A stretch of 64,000 nt of DNA from positions 64,001 to 128,000 of the IMG/VR virus record IMGVR_UViG_3300027804_000046; one strand, given 5' to 3'. The notes under the pieces are model-generated. The model did not search any database. It saw only the letters and a list, made by a program, of their open reading frames with translations, and was not told where the DNA came from. The DNA comes from a virus. Positions 1 to 10,249 of this stretch are shown here, piece after piece. The number at the start of each line of letters is the position of its first letter. Within the stretch, counting starts at the first letter, position 1. The translations under genes and the position numbers were made by a program.

Positions 1-26
1 AGGATAATGTAATGCGTACCTCACAC

Positions 27-81
27 AGTCTTGCCGAAAGGAAGACTAAAACATAACTAACTTGCTAAACAGGAGTTAAAC
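27..81 (+). promoter_or_regulatory. ROSE-like RNA thermometer in the hsp20 5' UTR
   Basis: Hairpin AGTCTT-g-CC-gaaa-GG-AAGACT (27-47). Second hairpin AACTTGCT-aaac-AGGAGTT (59-77) pairs UUGCU against the SD with a bulged G. Confidence 0.6.
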
Positions 82-567
82 ATGAACAAGTTACTTTTCG
101 ATCCTTTTTCTTTTCCCAAGCAGTTCAATACCACTGTAGGCTTTGAGCCAATTCTCAAGCGTCTTGCTGAGATGGCTGAAACTATGCCAAAGATGCAGAC
201 TTATCCTCCATACAACATCAAGAAGGTTGATGAAAACAAGTATGTGATTGAGTTGGCCGTGGCAGGTTTTGGTCGTCAAGACCTTGAACTTGAATTGCAG
301 GACGGCACTCTCACAGTAAAGGGATCTGTCAATTCAGAAGATGGCGATTATCTCTATAAGGGAATCGCTGAACGTGCCTTCACTCGCCAGTTCACACTTG
401 CTGATACCGTTGAAGTGAAGAATGCAGACCTAATCAATGGCATGTTGAAGATTTGGCTTGAACGCTTCATTCCAGAAGAAAAGAAGCCGAAGAAAATCAA
501 CATCGGTGAATCTGAAACTGAATCATCTACAAAGCAGTTTCTAACTGAAAAGTATGGCGACAAGTAA
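82..567 (+). CDS. hsp20: Small heat-shock protein Hsp20 (IbpA-like)
   Basis: YPPYNI, ELAVAGF, YLYKGIAERAFTRQFTLAD and NGMLKI alpha-crystallin motifs; AGGAG SD. Confidence 0.95.
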   Translation: MNKLLFDPFSFPKQFNTTVGFEPILKRLAEMAETMPKMQTYPPYNIKKVDENKYVIELAVAGFGRQDLELELQDGTLTVKGSVNSEDGDYLYKGIAERAFTRQFTLADTVEVKNADLINGMLKIWLERFIPEEKKPKKINIGESETESSTKQFLTEKYGDK

Positions 568-716
568 TGATGTCGTTTCTAAAGAGACTTTTCAGTAATA
601 AATCTGAGCAGCAAAGGATGCACGACTATCTAAGTCAGGCTACTGATACTGCTCATCTAGAAGTTCTTCAACGTGAATGGGATCGCATGTCTTATGCAGA
701 TAGGAAACAATGGTGA
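567..716 (+). CDS. Small protein, DUF3563-like (49 aa, not in the ORF track)
   Basis: MMSFLKRLFSNKSEQQRMHDYLSQATDTAHLEVLQREWDR; start overlaps the hsp20 stop (TAATG). Confidence 0.6.
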   Translation: MMSFLKRLFSNKSEQQRMHDYLSQATDTAHLEVLQREWDRMSYADRKQW

Positions 717-771
717 TGTATCCTTACACGAACGAAGAATCTGACTGGCTATCTGGCCGGTAACGCTACAT

Positions 772-800
772 ACTGAGGGAGAATTAACTCCCTCAGTTTT
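772..800 (+). terminator. Intrinsic terminator upstream of pstS
   Basis: ACTGAGGGAG/CTCCCTCAGT inverted repeat followed by T residues. Confidence 0.7.
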
Positions 801-815
801 ATTATGGAGAAATGT

Positions 816-1778
816 ATGAAGAAATTAGTGTTTGCTGCTGTTGCTCTTGGTTTGATTGTTGCACCAGCACTTGCCGCCCGCGATACAATTCGTATCGTTG
901 GCTCATCTACTGTATATCCTTTCACGACTATCGTAGCAGAACAGTTTGGCAAGAAGACTGACTTGCCCACTCCTATCGTTGAATCGACAGGAACTGGTGG
1001 CGGTATCAAGATGTTTTGCGAAGGCGCTGGTGAAGACACGCCCGATGCAGTGAATGCTTCTCGCCCTATCAAGGAATCTGAACTTGAAACATGTAAGGCT
1101 AACGGCGTAACTGTAACCGAGTTGAAGATTGGTTATGACGCTATTGTTCTTGCTATGGCAAAAGAACGTGCTGACATGGCTTTGACCACGAAGCAGATTT
1201 ACAACGCATTGGCCAAGTATGTCATTGTTGAAGGTCAGTTCGTAGATAATCCAGTCAAGACTTGGAGCGATTTAGATCCAAGTTTGCCAAACGAAAAGAT
1301 TGAAGTTCTTGGTCCGCCTCCTACTTCTGGAACACGCGACTCTTTCGTAGAACTTGTTCTTGAGCGTGAATGTAAGTCTGCTATCAAGGAAGCAGGATTG
1401 ACTGTAACACCTGATGATGAAAAGAAGTATTGTAAGTCTGTTCGTGAAGACGGTGCATATGTCGAGGCTGGCGAGAATGATAATCTAATCGTTCAGAAAC
1501 TTCAAGCAAATTCAGCAGCACTTGGAATCTTCGGTTTTTCTTTCCTTGAAGAAAACGCATCTACACTCAAGGGTGCCACAATCAATGGTGTTGTTCCTGA
1601 ATATGACACAATCAAGCAGGGCGATTACGCAATCTCTCGTCCATTGTTTGTGTATTTCAAGAACGAACACTTTGAACTTGTTCCAGACTTAAAGAAGTTT
1701 ATGGAAGAATACCAGAGTGGAGACGCCATCGGTGAAGATGGATATCTGATAGAGAAGGGTCTAATCTCTCTAGAATAA
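816..1778 (+). CDS. pstS: Phosphate ABC transporter substrate-binding protein
   Basis: Signal peptide; IVGSSTVYPF, ESTGTGGG, NASRPIK, GPPPTSGTRD and ISRPLFVY motifs. Confidence 0.95.
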   Translation: MKKLVFAAVALGLIVAPALAARDTIRIVGSSTVYPFTTIVAEQFGKKTDLPTPIVESTGTGGGIKMFCEGAGEDTPDAVNASRPIKESELETCKANGVTVTELKIGYDAIVLAMAKERADMALTTKQIYNALAKYVIVEGQFVDNPVKTWSDLDPSLPNEKIEVLGPPPTSGTRDSFVELVLERECKSAIKEAGLTVTPDDEKKYCKSVREDGAYVEAGENDNLIVQKLQANSAALGIFGFSFLEENASTLKGATINGVVPEYDTIKQGDYAISRPLFVYFKNEHFELVPDLKKFMEEYQSGDAIGEDGYLIEKGLISLE

Positions 1779-1779
1779 T

Positions 1780-1820
1780 TTGACAATACAGGAGAGATGC
1801 TATATAATAGTGTCTCTCCT
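1780..1820 (+). promoter_or_regulatory. Sigma70-type promoter overlapped by a hairpin
   Basis: TTGACA-N17-TATAAT (1780-1808); AGGAGAGA/TCTCTCCT inverted repeat spans the -10 box. Confidence 0.75.
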
Positions 1821-1837
1821 TTCATTATGGATATAAC

Positions 1838-2575
1838 ATGAAACTCGTTATTGAAAAGTCTGTAGTTGTAATCACACCAACGATTGGTTCTGAAAAACTG
1901 AAAGATGCCATTACTTCTGTTCAAAATCAGACATATGGCAATATTGTACATCTTCTTGTCATAGATGGTAAAGAACATTTCAACGATACTTCAAAACACA
2001 TACATGAATCTATTGCTAATAAGATTCAACTTCTACAGTTACCCTATAATACAGGTGCAAATGGCTTCTACGGTCATCGTATATATTCTGGTATTCCTCA
2101 TCTTCTCAATGCTGATTACATTTTCTTCCTTGATGAAGACAATTGGTATGAGCCAGACCATGTTTCTTCACTTGTAGAAGTGCTTGATCGCGGCAACGAC
2201 TTTGCTTATTCATTCCGTAAGATTTTCAATCCAGATAAGTCTTATGTTGCAGATGATAACTGTGAAGCACTTGGCAAGTGGCCAATCTACTTCTCTCATA
2301 ACGATCCACAGTATCTAGTTGATACATCTTCATTCGCATTCAAGCGTGAGTTTTTAGAAAAGACTTGTCATCTCTGGCATTCTGGTTGGGGCGGCGACCG
2401 TAGATATTTCTATAGTGTGCTGCCGATGAATCCTAAGTGGGACACCAACTACAAGCACACTCTTTGCTATCGTCTCGACGGTAATCCTGGCTCTGTAGAT
2501 GCAGACTTCTTTATCAAGGGCAATGCTGAACAACTGAAACATTATAATGGAGAACTACCATGGCTAAAGACCTAA
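1838..2575 (+). CDS. GT2-family glycosyltransferase
   Basis: VVITPT, SVQNQTY and YIFFLDEDN (DxD) motifs. Confidence 0.85.
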   Translation: MKLVIEKSVVVITPTIGSEKLKDAITSVQNQTYGNIVHLLVIDGKEHFNDTSKHIHESIANKIQLLQLPYNTGANGFYGHRIYSGIPHLLNADYIFFLDEDNWYEPDHVSSLVEVLDRGNDFAYSFRKIFNPDKSYVADDNCEALGKWPIYFSHNDPQYLVDTSSFAFKREFLEKTCHLWHSGWGGDRRYFYSVLPMNPKWDTNYKHTLCYRLDGNPGSVDADFFIKGNAEQLKHYNGELPWLKT

Positions 2576-3450
2576 TCATTGGCGGAGCCTCTGGCTATAA
2601 GTATGATGATATCAAGTATTGGATCAACTCAATCAAGAAGTCTGGTTTTGAAGGTGATATTGTTCTTGTAGCAACAAATATGAAGATCGAAGAACTTGCA
2701 AAAGTTTCTGAAAAGGGTGTGAACATTCTCGCATACGGTCAGAAGGATGCAGATGGTAACTATTCATCTAATAGTCAGATGCCTCCGCACGTAGAGCGTT
2801 TCTTTCATATCTGGAATTATCTGAACACAACTAAAGAAAAATATGATTTTGTTATTACAACAGACGTTCGTGACGTTGTGTTTCAGAAAAATCCGTCAGA
2901 CTTTCTTACACAGGATGACTTCATTGGATTTGTTGCAGCAGGTGAAGGTCTTGCTTATAAAGATGAACCATGGGGCAATAACAACTATTTACAAGCATTT
3001 GGTCCATTCTTTCATAATCTCATAAAAGACAAAGAGATTTATAATGTAGGTGTGATGGCAGGAAAATACGACCTTGTTCGTGATATGATGTTGATGATTC
3101 TACAGTTGAGTGTCAATCGTCCTATTCCCATCGTTGATCAGGCTGTTTACAACTTCATTCTGAATACTGACGTTTTCAAGAACCAAACTGAGTTCTTCGG
3201 CAATGGTTCAGGTTGGGCATGTAATCTTGGCACAACTCTTGCAGCCATTCAATCTGGTGCTGGTGATATTGGTCAGAGAAACGATCCATCTACACAAATC
3301 ATGTATCAGACAAAGTATCTGGCTGATCAGCCTGTTATCGGCGAAGATGGTACAGTTTATAATGCTTATGAAATGCCATTCTATATTGTTCATCAGTATG
3401 ATAGAGTTGCAGGTCTAGTAGAAAAGATTAGAGCAAAGTATAATGACTAA
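2560..3450 (+). CDS. Putative GT-A nucleotide-sugar transferase
   Basis: TDVRDVVFQ, DQAVYN and IVHQYDR motifs; glycan cluster context. Confidence 0.65.
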   Translation: MAKDLIIGGASGYKYDDIKYWINSIKKSGFEGDIVLVATNMKIEELAKVSEKGVNILAYGQKDADGNYSSNSQMPPHVERFFHIWNYLNTTKEKYDFVITTDVRDVVFQKNPSDFLTQDDFIGFVAAGEGLAYKDEPWGNNNYLQAFGPFFHNLIKDKEIYNVGVMAGKYDLVRDMMLMILQLSVNRPIPIVDQAVYNFILNTDVFKNQTEFFGNGSGWACNLGTTLAAIQSGAGDIGQRNDPSTQIMYQTKYLADQPVIGEDGTVYNAYEMPFYIVHQYDRVAGLVEKIRAKYND

Positions 3451-4324
3451 GCCGAAGCTTAAACTTGGATTTACAGACTACTACAACACGCTTGATGATT
3501 TCTTCATGAGTGTATTGTCTATGTCTTTTGACATAGAACGCGATGATGCTAATCCAGACTATCTAATCTTTTGCGACGAAACATTTGGTCAGAATAATAA
3601 GAACTTTGATCCAAACAAAGTAGTCAAGATATTCTTCACTGGTGAAAACAGACGCCCATGGAACTATGTTGCTCATCATGCGATTTCGTTTGACCATATG
3701 GACGGAAGTCAGTTCTATCGTCTGCCACTCTATGTACTGGACAATTGGGTGCAGACAAAGAATGGTGTACCTGATATGCTCAGTTATGATTCTTTGAACT
3801 TGAAGCCTGTAAAGTATGAAGAAAAAGAATGGTTTTGTGGATTTGTTGCGGGCAATGGCGCATCTGAGTACCGTAACAAGATGTTTCATATGTTGAATGA
3901 ATACAAGCCAGTCATGTCTGGTGGTCCATTATTCAATAACATTGGTGGTGTTCTTCCGCGTGATGTGATGTCTAAGATTAACTTCTTTCGTAAGTGTCGT
4001 TTCTCACTATGCTTTGAGAATAGTTCTTATCCTGGTTATTGTACCGAAAAGATTATGCACGGCTTTATTGCAAGAACAGTACCAATCTATTGGGGTTCAC
4101 CAACTGTTACTATGGACTTTCAAGAAGGATCTTTTATATCTCGTCACGATTTTGTTAGTGACAATGAGTTTATCGATACAATCATAAAAGTGGATCAGGA
4201 TAAACATACATGGGAAGTTATGGCAAACACTCTTCCTTTGCCTTATGTCCATGATAAGTTTTGGGATCTCAAACGATTTAATCTTTGGTTCTTAGAGAAC
4301 GTGTATAAAGGAGTTCGCTCATGA
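3443..4324 (+). CDS. GT10 alpha-1,3/4-fucosyltransferase-like
   Basis: FSLCFENSSYPGYCTEKI and VPIYWG signature; FFTGEN. Confidence 0.88.
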   Translation: MTKPKLKLGFTDYYNTLDDFFMSVLSMSFDIERDDANPDYLIFCDETFGQNNKNFDPNKVVKIFFTGENRRPWNYVAHHAISFDHMDGSQFYRLPLYVLDNWVQTKNGVPDMLSYDSLNLKPVKYEEKEWFCGFVAGNGASEYRNKMFHMLNEYKPVMSGGPLFNNIGGVLPRDVMSKINFFRKCRFSLCFENSSYPGYCTEKIMHGFIARTVPIYWGSPTVTMDFQEGSFISRHDFVSDNEFIDTIIKVDQDKHTWEVMANTLPLPYVHDKFWDLKRFNLWFLENVYKGVRS

Positions 4325-5025
4325 AGATTGCAGTCTGCATTTCAGGTCAGCCTCGCTCTTATGAGAAAGGCTATGAGTATATGAAACATAATTTGTTAAA
4401 TCACTACAATTGTGATATATTCATTCACACTTGGCACAACAAAGTCTACAAGTCTAAAGATGTGATTAACTTGTATAAACCAGTGGAATCTTTGGTAGAA
4501 AATCCTTTATCAAGATCATTCTATGACAACAAGTATACTAATACACCAAATGCTGCTGGATGGCCACCACACGCAACTGTGTCCATGTTCTATTCTGTTT
4601 TTCAATCTTTGCTTCTTAAAACAAAATACGAATTGATATTTGACAAGTATGATTGGGTTGTAAAAACAAGATTTGACTATGCTATCAATGGTGTTATTCC
4701 ATTCAGTCAGTTAGACAAGAACAATCTTTATATTCCAAACTGTAGAATGGTACCAACTCATGATTTTGGCAACGACCAGTTTGCTTTTGGCAGCAACAAA
4801 GTCATGACAGAATATATGTCTACATATTTGCACATGGATCAATATTACAATAACGGTGAACCCATGATTGGTGAAAATATGTTGAGTGCTAATCTCAAGA
4901 GAGCGGGACTTGTTGGACAAAGACTGACATATGTGAACATGAACAATCCATTTCCACCAGGCAAATATAACGCAACGCCGCACTCACTCATTCGTGATGA
5001 CATGGAACTATGGAAAAACTCATAA
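4321..5025 (+). CDS. Glycan-cluster protein, probable glycosyltransferase
   Basis: MKIAVCISGQPR, FIHTW, YDWVVKTRFD and NDQFAFG pattern. Confidence 0.6.
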   Translation: MKIAVCISGQPRSYEKGYEYMKHNLLNHYNCDIFIHTWHNKVYKSKDVINLYKPVESLVENPLSRSFYDNKYTNTPNAAGWPPHATVSMFYSVFQSLLLKTKYELIFDKYDWVVKTRFDYAINGVIPFSQLDKNNLYIPNCRMVPTHDFGNDQFAFGSNKVMTEYMSTYLHMDQYYNNGEPMIGENMLSANLKRAGLVGQRLTYVNMNNPFPPGKYNATPHSLIRDDMELWKNS

Positions 5026-5750
5026 AGACACTCAAGGGTCATTCTGGCTCAGTTGTATCTTTACTGCAAGACAACCAAAAGATATTCGTTCGTAAGGTTG
5101 GTAATGTAGAACGCAATCACGAAAGATTATCTGCGCTTGTTGGCTATATCGATGTTCCTAGAATCTACAGTTATGATGGCACAACTCTCGACATGGAATA
5201 CATTTATGGACTAGATATGCAAAATTATCTGATCAATAATCCAATAAGAGATTTGAGTGACTTTCTTATTCGTACCATAGAATTATTCGCATCGAAAAGT
5301 ATTGACAAAGACTACACTCCAGTATATAATCACATGCTATCGTGGATAGAAGACGGAATGTTTCCTTTCACAAAGAACGAATTGATAGAAAGACTGCCGA
5401 AAGTTCTGCCGTGTTCTCAGTATCATGGTGACATGACTTTAGAAAACGTCATCTGCTCTACAGAAGGAAGATTTTATTTTATTGATGCTGTCACTTTGCA
5501 ATATGATTCGTGGGTGTTTGACATAGCAAAGTTGAGACAAGATTTGGAATGCAAGTGGTTTTTACGGCGTGATCCTATCATGCTGGATGTGAAACTGCTA
5601 AACATTCAAGATAATATACTAAAACGATTCCCGATTGCGAACAACGATTATCTACTGATACTCATGATGCTTCGCGTCTATTTACATTGTGATAAAAATA
5701 CTCTAGAATATAACTTCATCGTGAAGGAGATAAACAGATTATGGAAGTGA
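5010..5750 (+). CDS. APH/choline-kinase-like phosphotransferase (probable sugar kinase)
   Basis: HGDMTLENVI, FID and DIAKLRQD motifs. Confidence 0.75.
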   Translation: MEKLIKTLKGHSGSVVSLLQDNQKIFVRKVGNVERNHERLSALVGYIDVPRIYSYDGTTLDMEYIYGLDMQNYLINNPIRDLSDFLIRTIELFASKSIDKDYTPVYNHMLSWIEDGMFPFTKNELIERLPKVLPCSQYHGDMTLENVICSTEGRFYFIDAVTLQYDSWVFDIAKLRQDLECKWFLRRDPIMLDVKLLNIQDNILKRFPIANNDYLLILMMLRVYLHCDKNTLEYNFIVKEINRLWK

Positions 5751-6790
5751 TTGTACCAGCCGCTGGTCTTTCTACCAGATTTCCAAATGTAAAGCCGAAG
5801 TATCTACATTTCGGATATGATAACAAGATGATGCTTGTGAAAGCCGTAGAGCCTTTCATCGGTAAACACGACATCACCGTTGTCATTCTACAAGATCATA
5901 TTGATAAGTATAATGCTTTTGAATTTGTGAGAAATGAACTTCCTGAGGCCAATATCGTTACTGTATATAAACCCACGCGCGGACCAGCCGAGACTGTTCG
6001 TATTGCTTTGAAAAACATTCAATACTCAAAAGGTCTTAGTTATCCACCTAAAGATTTTTCTTTTCTGGTGAAAGATTGCGACTCGTTTTTTTCTCATGAA
6101 ATTCTTCCGCAGAACTATGTCTGCGTGTCAAACATAGCAGATCACGAAACTCTCCAGAAGATTTCTTCAAAGAGTTTCGTGAAGTACAACAATCAGAATA
6201 TTGTTACCGATATCATTGAGAAGAAAGTCGTATCTGATACGTTTTGTGTCGGCGCATACAAGTTCAACTCGGCTAACTATTATCTGGACATCTATGATAG
6301 AATACAGAATAGAGAAGGCGAATTATTTGTTTCACACATCATTCAAGACATGCTTGGCAGTGACCAAATCTTCGTGAAGAATGAAGTTTCAAACTATGTC
6401 GATGTGGGTACAGCAGAAGATTGGCACAAGTATAATGACATGCCTGTTATCTTCTGTGATATTGATGGCACTCTAATCAAGGCTCAGTCTCGTTATGGTT
6501 TTTATACATATAACGATCCGCCTGTTGTTCTAGAAGAAAATCGTAACAGAGTGAAAGAGTATCATGACAAGGGTTGTCAGATTATCTTTACGACTGCACG
6601 ACCGCATACTTATCGTGAGCAAACAAACAAGATGCTTAGTCTTCTCGGATTCAAAAACTTTGATTTGATAACAGGACTAAATAACAGCGCAAGAATTTTG
6701 ATTAACGACTACAATAAGTCTAATCCGTATCCACGTGCGCGGGCGATAAACATCCAACGTGATAGTGATAACTTGAAGGATTTTCTATGA
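5741..6790 (+). CDS. Sugar nucleotidyltransferase fused to a HAD phosphatase
   Basis: N-terminal [13 protein letters not shown]; C-terminal DIDGTL and FTTARP. Confidence 0.8.
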   Translation: MEVIVPAAGLSTRFPNVKPKYLHFGYDNKMMLVKAVEPFIGKHDITVVILQDHIDKYNAFEFVRNELPEANIVTVYKPTRGPAETVRIALKNIQYSKGLSYPPKDFSFLVKDCDSFFSHEILPQNYVCVSNIADHETLQKISSKSFVKYNNQNIVTDIIEKKVVSDTFCVGAYKFNSANYYLDIYDRIQNREGELFVSHIIQDMLGSDQIFVKNEVSNYVDVGTAEDWHKYNDMPVIFCDIDGTLIKAQSRYGFYTYNDPPVVLEENRNRVKEYHDKGCQIIFTTARPHTYREQTNKMLSLLGFKNFDLITGLNNSARILINDYNKSNPYPRARAINIQRDSDNLKDFL

Positions 6791-7794
6791 GATTTGTGGC
6801 ATTAATTACAGGTATTACAGGGCAAGATGGTTCTTATCTGGCCGAACTTTTGTTAGAAAAAGGATATGAAGTACATGGAATCATCAGACGTTCTTCTTCT
6901 ATTAATACTGATCGTATCGACCATATTTATCCTCGCATTACTCTTCACTACGGAGATTTGACGGATAGTTCTTCACTTATTCGTCTTATTCAGCAAATCA
7001 AGCCGACAGAGATTTATAATCTGGCCGCACAATCTCATGTGAAGGTATCGTTTGAGATTCCTGAATACACTGGTCAAGTTGATGCTCTTGGCACACTTCG
7101 CATTCTTGAGGCTGTGCGTCTGCTTGGCATGGAAAAAGATGTTCGCATTTATCAAGCATCGACATCTGAACTTTATGGTCTTGTGCAAGAAACTCCGCAG
7201 ACAGAAAAGACACCGTTCTATCCTCGCTCACCATACGGCGTTGCTAAACTCTACGGCTTCTGGATTGTAAAGAATTATCGTGAAGCATATGGTATGCACT
7301 GTTCATCTGGTATTCTATTCAATCACGAAAGCCCTCGACGCGGTGAAACATTCGTGACAAGGAAGATTGTACAAGGGCTTTCTCGTATCAGCACTGGCTA
7401 TCAATCATCACTAACACTTGGTAACCTAAATGCAAAGCGAGATTGGGGTCATGCGAAAGACTTCGTTGAGGCCATGTGGCTCATGCTCCAGCAAGACAAG
7501 CCAGATGACTATGTGATTGCTACTGGTGAGCAGTATTCAGTTCGTCAATTTGTAGAGACAGCAGCGCCTTACTTCGGAATGAATATCAAGTGGCATGGTG
7601 AAGGTGTTGATGAAGTTGGTTATGATGAAAGATACAAGTCAACTCCAATTATTCGTGTGAGTGAAAAGTATTTCAGACCAGCGGAAGTAGAAACATTACT
7701 TGGTGATTCCAGCAAGGCTCGTAGAGTTCTTGGTTGGAAACCAAAGTTTACATTTGAAAAACTTGTAGAGGATATGTGTATCAATGGACAATAA
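6787..7794 (+). CDS. gmd: GDP-mannose 4,6-dehydratase
   Basis: [31 protein letters not shown] and [18 protein letters not shown]. Confidence 0.97.
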   Translation: MRFVALITGITGQDGSYLAELLLEKGYEVHGIIRRSSSINTDRIDHIYPRITLHYGDLTDSSSLIRLIQQIKPTEIYNLAAQSHVKVSFEIPEYTGQVDALGTLRILEAVRLLGMEKDVRIYQASTSELYGLVQETPQTEKTPFYPRSPYGVAKLYGFWIVKNYREAYGMHCSSGILFNHESPRRGETFVTRKIVQGLSRISTGYQSSLTLGNLNAKRDWGHAKDFVEAMWLMLQQDKPDDYVIATGEQYSVRQFVETAAPYFGMNIKWHGEGVDEVGYDERYKSTPIIRVSEKYFRPAEVETLLGDSSKARRVLGWKPKFTFEKLVEDMCINGQ

Positions 7795-8719
7795 TAGTAG
7801 CATCTATATTGCAGGTCATAAAGGTCTTGTAGGTTCTGCGCTCATTCGTCAGTTGCAGGCACAAGGTTACAAGAAAATCATCACAAGTGATATAGATTTG
7901 CGTGATCAAAAGCTTGTACAACATTTCTTCAATGATTACGAGCCTGAGTATGTGTTTCTTGCGGCTGCAAAGGTTGGTGGTATTGGCTTCAATAAGTCTT
8001 TCCCTGCTGACTTTATGTATGACAACTTGATGATTCAGACCAATGTTATCAGTAACGCAGAGCAGTATGGTTGCAGAAAGCTAATGTTTTTAGGCACAGC
8101 ATGTATCTATCCAAAACATGCACCTGTGCCGATCAAAGAAGAATACTTAATGACTGGTCCGCTAGAAGAAACTAACATTGGTTATGCTCTAGCGAAGATT
8201 GCCGGTCTTACCATGTGCCAGAAGTATACTGAGCAGTATGGTATGCAAACTGTTTCCGTCATGCCAAATAATCTTTATGGCATTTTCGATAACTTTAGAC
8301 TGAATGAGTGTCATGTTATTCCTGCATTCATCAATCGATTTATCGACGCGAAAGAAAGAGGTTTGTCTAGTGTAGTATGCTTTGGTGACGGCAGTCCTAC
8401 GCGAGAATTTCTTTTTGCCGATGATTTGGCTGACGGACTAATTTTCCTAATGAAGAACTATAATGATCCAAAGCCAATCAACATTGGACCAAATCGTGAG
8501 GTGTCAATTCGTTACCTATCAGAGTTGATTGCATCTCTTGTTGGATATGAAGGCACTATAATTTGGGACACTGCACAGCCAAATGGCACACCGCGCCGCG
8601 CACTAGATACTAGCAAGATGGATGCACTTGGTTGGAAAGCCAAGACTTCACTTGAAGATGGATTGAAAATGACAATTGATTGGTTCTTAGAGAATAGGAA
8701 AACATATGACCGCGTATAA
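7784..8719 (+). CDS. fcl: GDP-L-fucose synthase / ColC-like epimerase-reductase
   Basis: [29 protein letters not shown] and [10 protein letters not shown]. Confidence 0.92.
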   Translation: MDNNSSIYIAGHKGLVGSALIRQLQAQGYKKIITSDIDLRDQKLVQHFFNDYEPEYVFLAAAKVGGIGFNKSFPADFMYDNLMIQTNVISNAEQYGCRKLMFLGTACIYPKHAPVPIKEEYLMTGPLEETNIGYALAKIAGLTMCQKYTEQYGMQTVSVMPNNLYGIFDNFRLNECHVIPAFINRFIDAKERGLSSVVCFGDGSPTREFLFADDLADGLIFLMKNYNDPKPINIGPNREVSIRYLSELIASLVGYEGTIIWDTAQPNGTPRRALDTSKMDALGWKAKTSLEDGLKMTIDWFLENRKTYDRV

Positions 8720-9884
8720 ATGGCCATTGATGAAGGACACACTGACTTGGTGCGACAGATGGAACTTGGCCAAGTTCGTGATGACTACAGACAAGTTCAC
8801 TCAAGGCAAAAAGGTCGAAGAGTTTGAGAATGCTTGGTCAGAATGGCTTGGTGTTAAGTATTCTTTGTTTGTAACGTCTGGCAGCACAGCAAACTTCTTG
8901 TTGCTTGATGCTGTCAAAGAATTATACTTCAAGAATAAGAAGAAGGTCAAGGTTCTCGTACCCGCGTGTACATGGGTAACGAATATCAATCCTGTTATGC
9001 AACTTGGCATGGAACCAATCTTTTGCGATATCAATCTAGATAATTATAGTTTTGATTTAGACAATGCTGCGGAGATTGCAAAGAAGCATAAGATTGATAT
9101 TGTGTTCACGACACATTTGCTTGGACTTCCTGCTCCTACTTTTTCTCTTAGATCCATATTTCCAAAAGCAATCATGTTAGAAGATGTTTGCGAAAGTCAT
9201 GGTGTAAAAGATATATTTGGTCATAAAGTTGGTTCAAGGTCAAACGGTTCTACATTCAGTTTCTACTTTGGTCATCATATGTCTACAGTTGAAGGCGGCA
9301 TGGTTTGTACCAACAACCTTGCTCTATATGATTTAATGCGTATGAAGCGTTCACATGGCATGTCTCGCGTATCGATGATTTCTGAGTCGTATGCAGAAAA
9401 GCATCCTGATATTGATCCACAGTTTCTATTTGTAACTGCTGGATATAACTTCCGCAATACAGAACTCGGCGCTGTTCTTGGTCTATCACAGTTGAAGAAA
9501 CTTGATGGCTTTATTGATCAACGTAGAAAGAACTATGCAAAGTTTATTAATATTATGCTTATAGACGGTAGAGACAAGTTTTATGTGCCTGGTGGCGGAT
9601 ATATTGAAGAAGGTAATAGTTCATTTTGTTTTCCGTTGATCGCAAAAACGCCATACATTAAAGATCAAGTGATTAGACGATTGAAAATGAACTTCATCGA
9701 ATATCGTCCTGTTGTTGGCGGTAACTTGCTTCGTCAACCTTACATGAAAGGCCATAGCATCGCATGTAAAGATGGACCATACAACGCTGATATCGTCCAT
9801 GAGAATGGCATCTATATAGGTAATAACCAATTCGTTGGTGATAGAGAACTAAAGATACTTGAAGATATTATTAGGAGTTTGTGA
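8706..9884 (+). CDS. PLP-dependent DegT-family enzyme, ColD-like 3-dehydratase
   Basis: SGSTAN and EDVCESHG; FSFYFGHHMSTVEGG has His at the usual catalytic Lys position. Confidence 0.8.
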   Translation: MTAYKWPLMKDTLTWCDRWNLAKFVMTTDKFTQGKKVEEFENAWSEWLGVKYSLFVTSGSTANFLLLDAVKELYFKNKKKVKVLVPACTWVTNINPVMQLGMEPIFCDINLDNYSFDLDNAAEIAKKHKIDIVFTTHLLGLPAPTFSLRSIFPKAIMLEDVCESHGVKDIFGHKVGSRSNGSTFSFYFGHHMSTVEGGMVCTNNLALYDLMRMKRSHGMSRVSMISESYAEKHPDIDPQFLFVTAGYNFRNTELGAVLGLSQLKKLDGFIDQRRKNYAKFINIMLIDGRDKFYVPGGGYIEEGNSSFCFPLIAKTPYIKDQVIRRLKMNFIEYRPVVGGNLLRQPYMKGHSIACKDGPYNADIVHENGIYIGNNQFVGDRELKILEDIIRSL

Positions 9885-10249
9885 TGAATAACAATAAGAT
9901 TGTCTCTGAAATGTTGGATATGATTTTGAAGGAGCATGTGTATGACATTCTCAGTCGTCAGTGTTTAACTTTTAATCCACCTCCCGATTACGCTGCATCT
10001 GATAGTATTGGTGAAGTCCTAGAGAAGCTGGCCATTCTTCACATTCGCACATGGCATCTTGAAGATGCCATGCAGGCCGCAAAGTCTGATGAAGAACTGG
10101 CTGATCTAAAGCGCAAAGTCGATATCTGTTTCAAGGTCAAACGTCCTAAGTTGGTTGCTGCATTAAACGCCATGATTGATGATGCTATCGTTCGCAATAA
10201 ATCTCTGCGTGAAGAATCGGTAAAGCTTTATAAGGGCGTCAAAGAGTGA
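9881..10249 (+). CDS. Hypothetical protein (DUF4254-like)
   Basis: SIGEVLEKLAILHIRTWHLED motif. Confidence 0.55.
   Translation: MMNNNKIVSEMLDMILKEHVYDILSRQCLTFNPPPDYAASDSIGEVLEKLAILHIRTWHLEDAMQAAKSDEELADLKRKVDICFKVKRPKLVAALNAMIDDAIVRNKSLREESVKLYKGVKE

Noticed and set aside
740-815. Pho box upstream of pstS (also checked upstream of plcP)
   Set aside because: No convincing tandem CTGTCAT-like repeats with 11-bp spacing.
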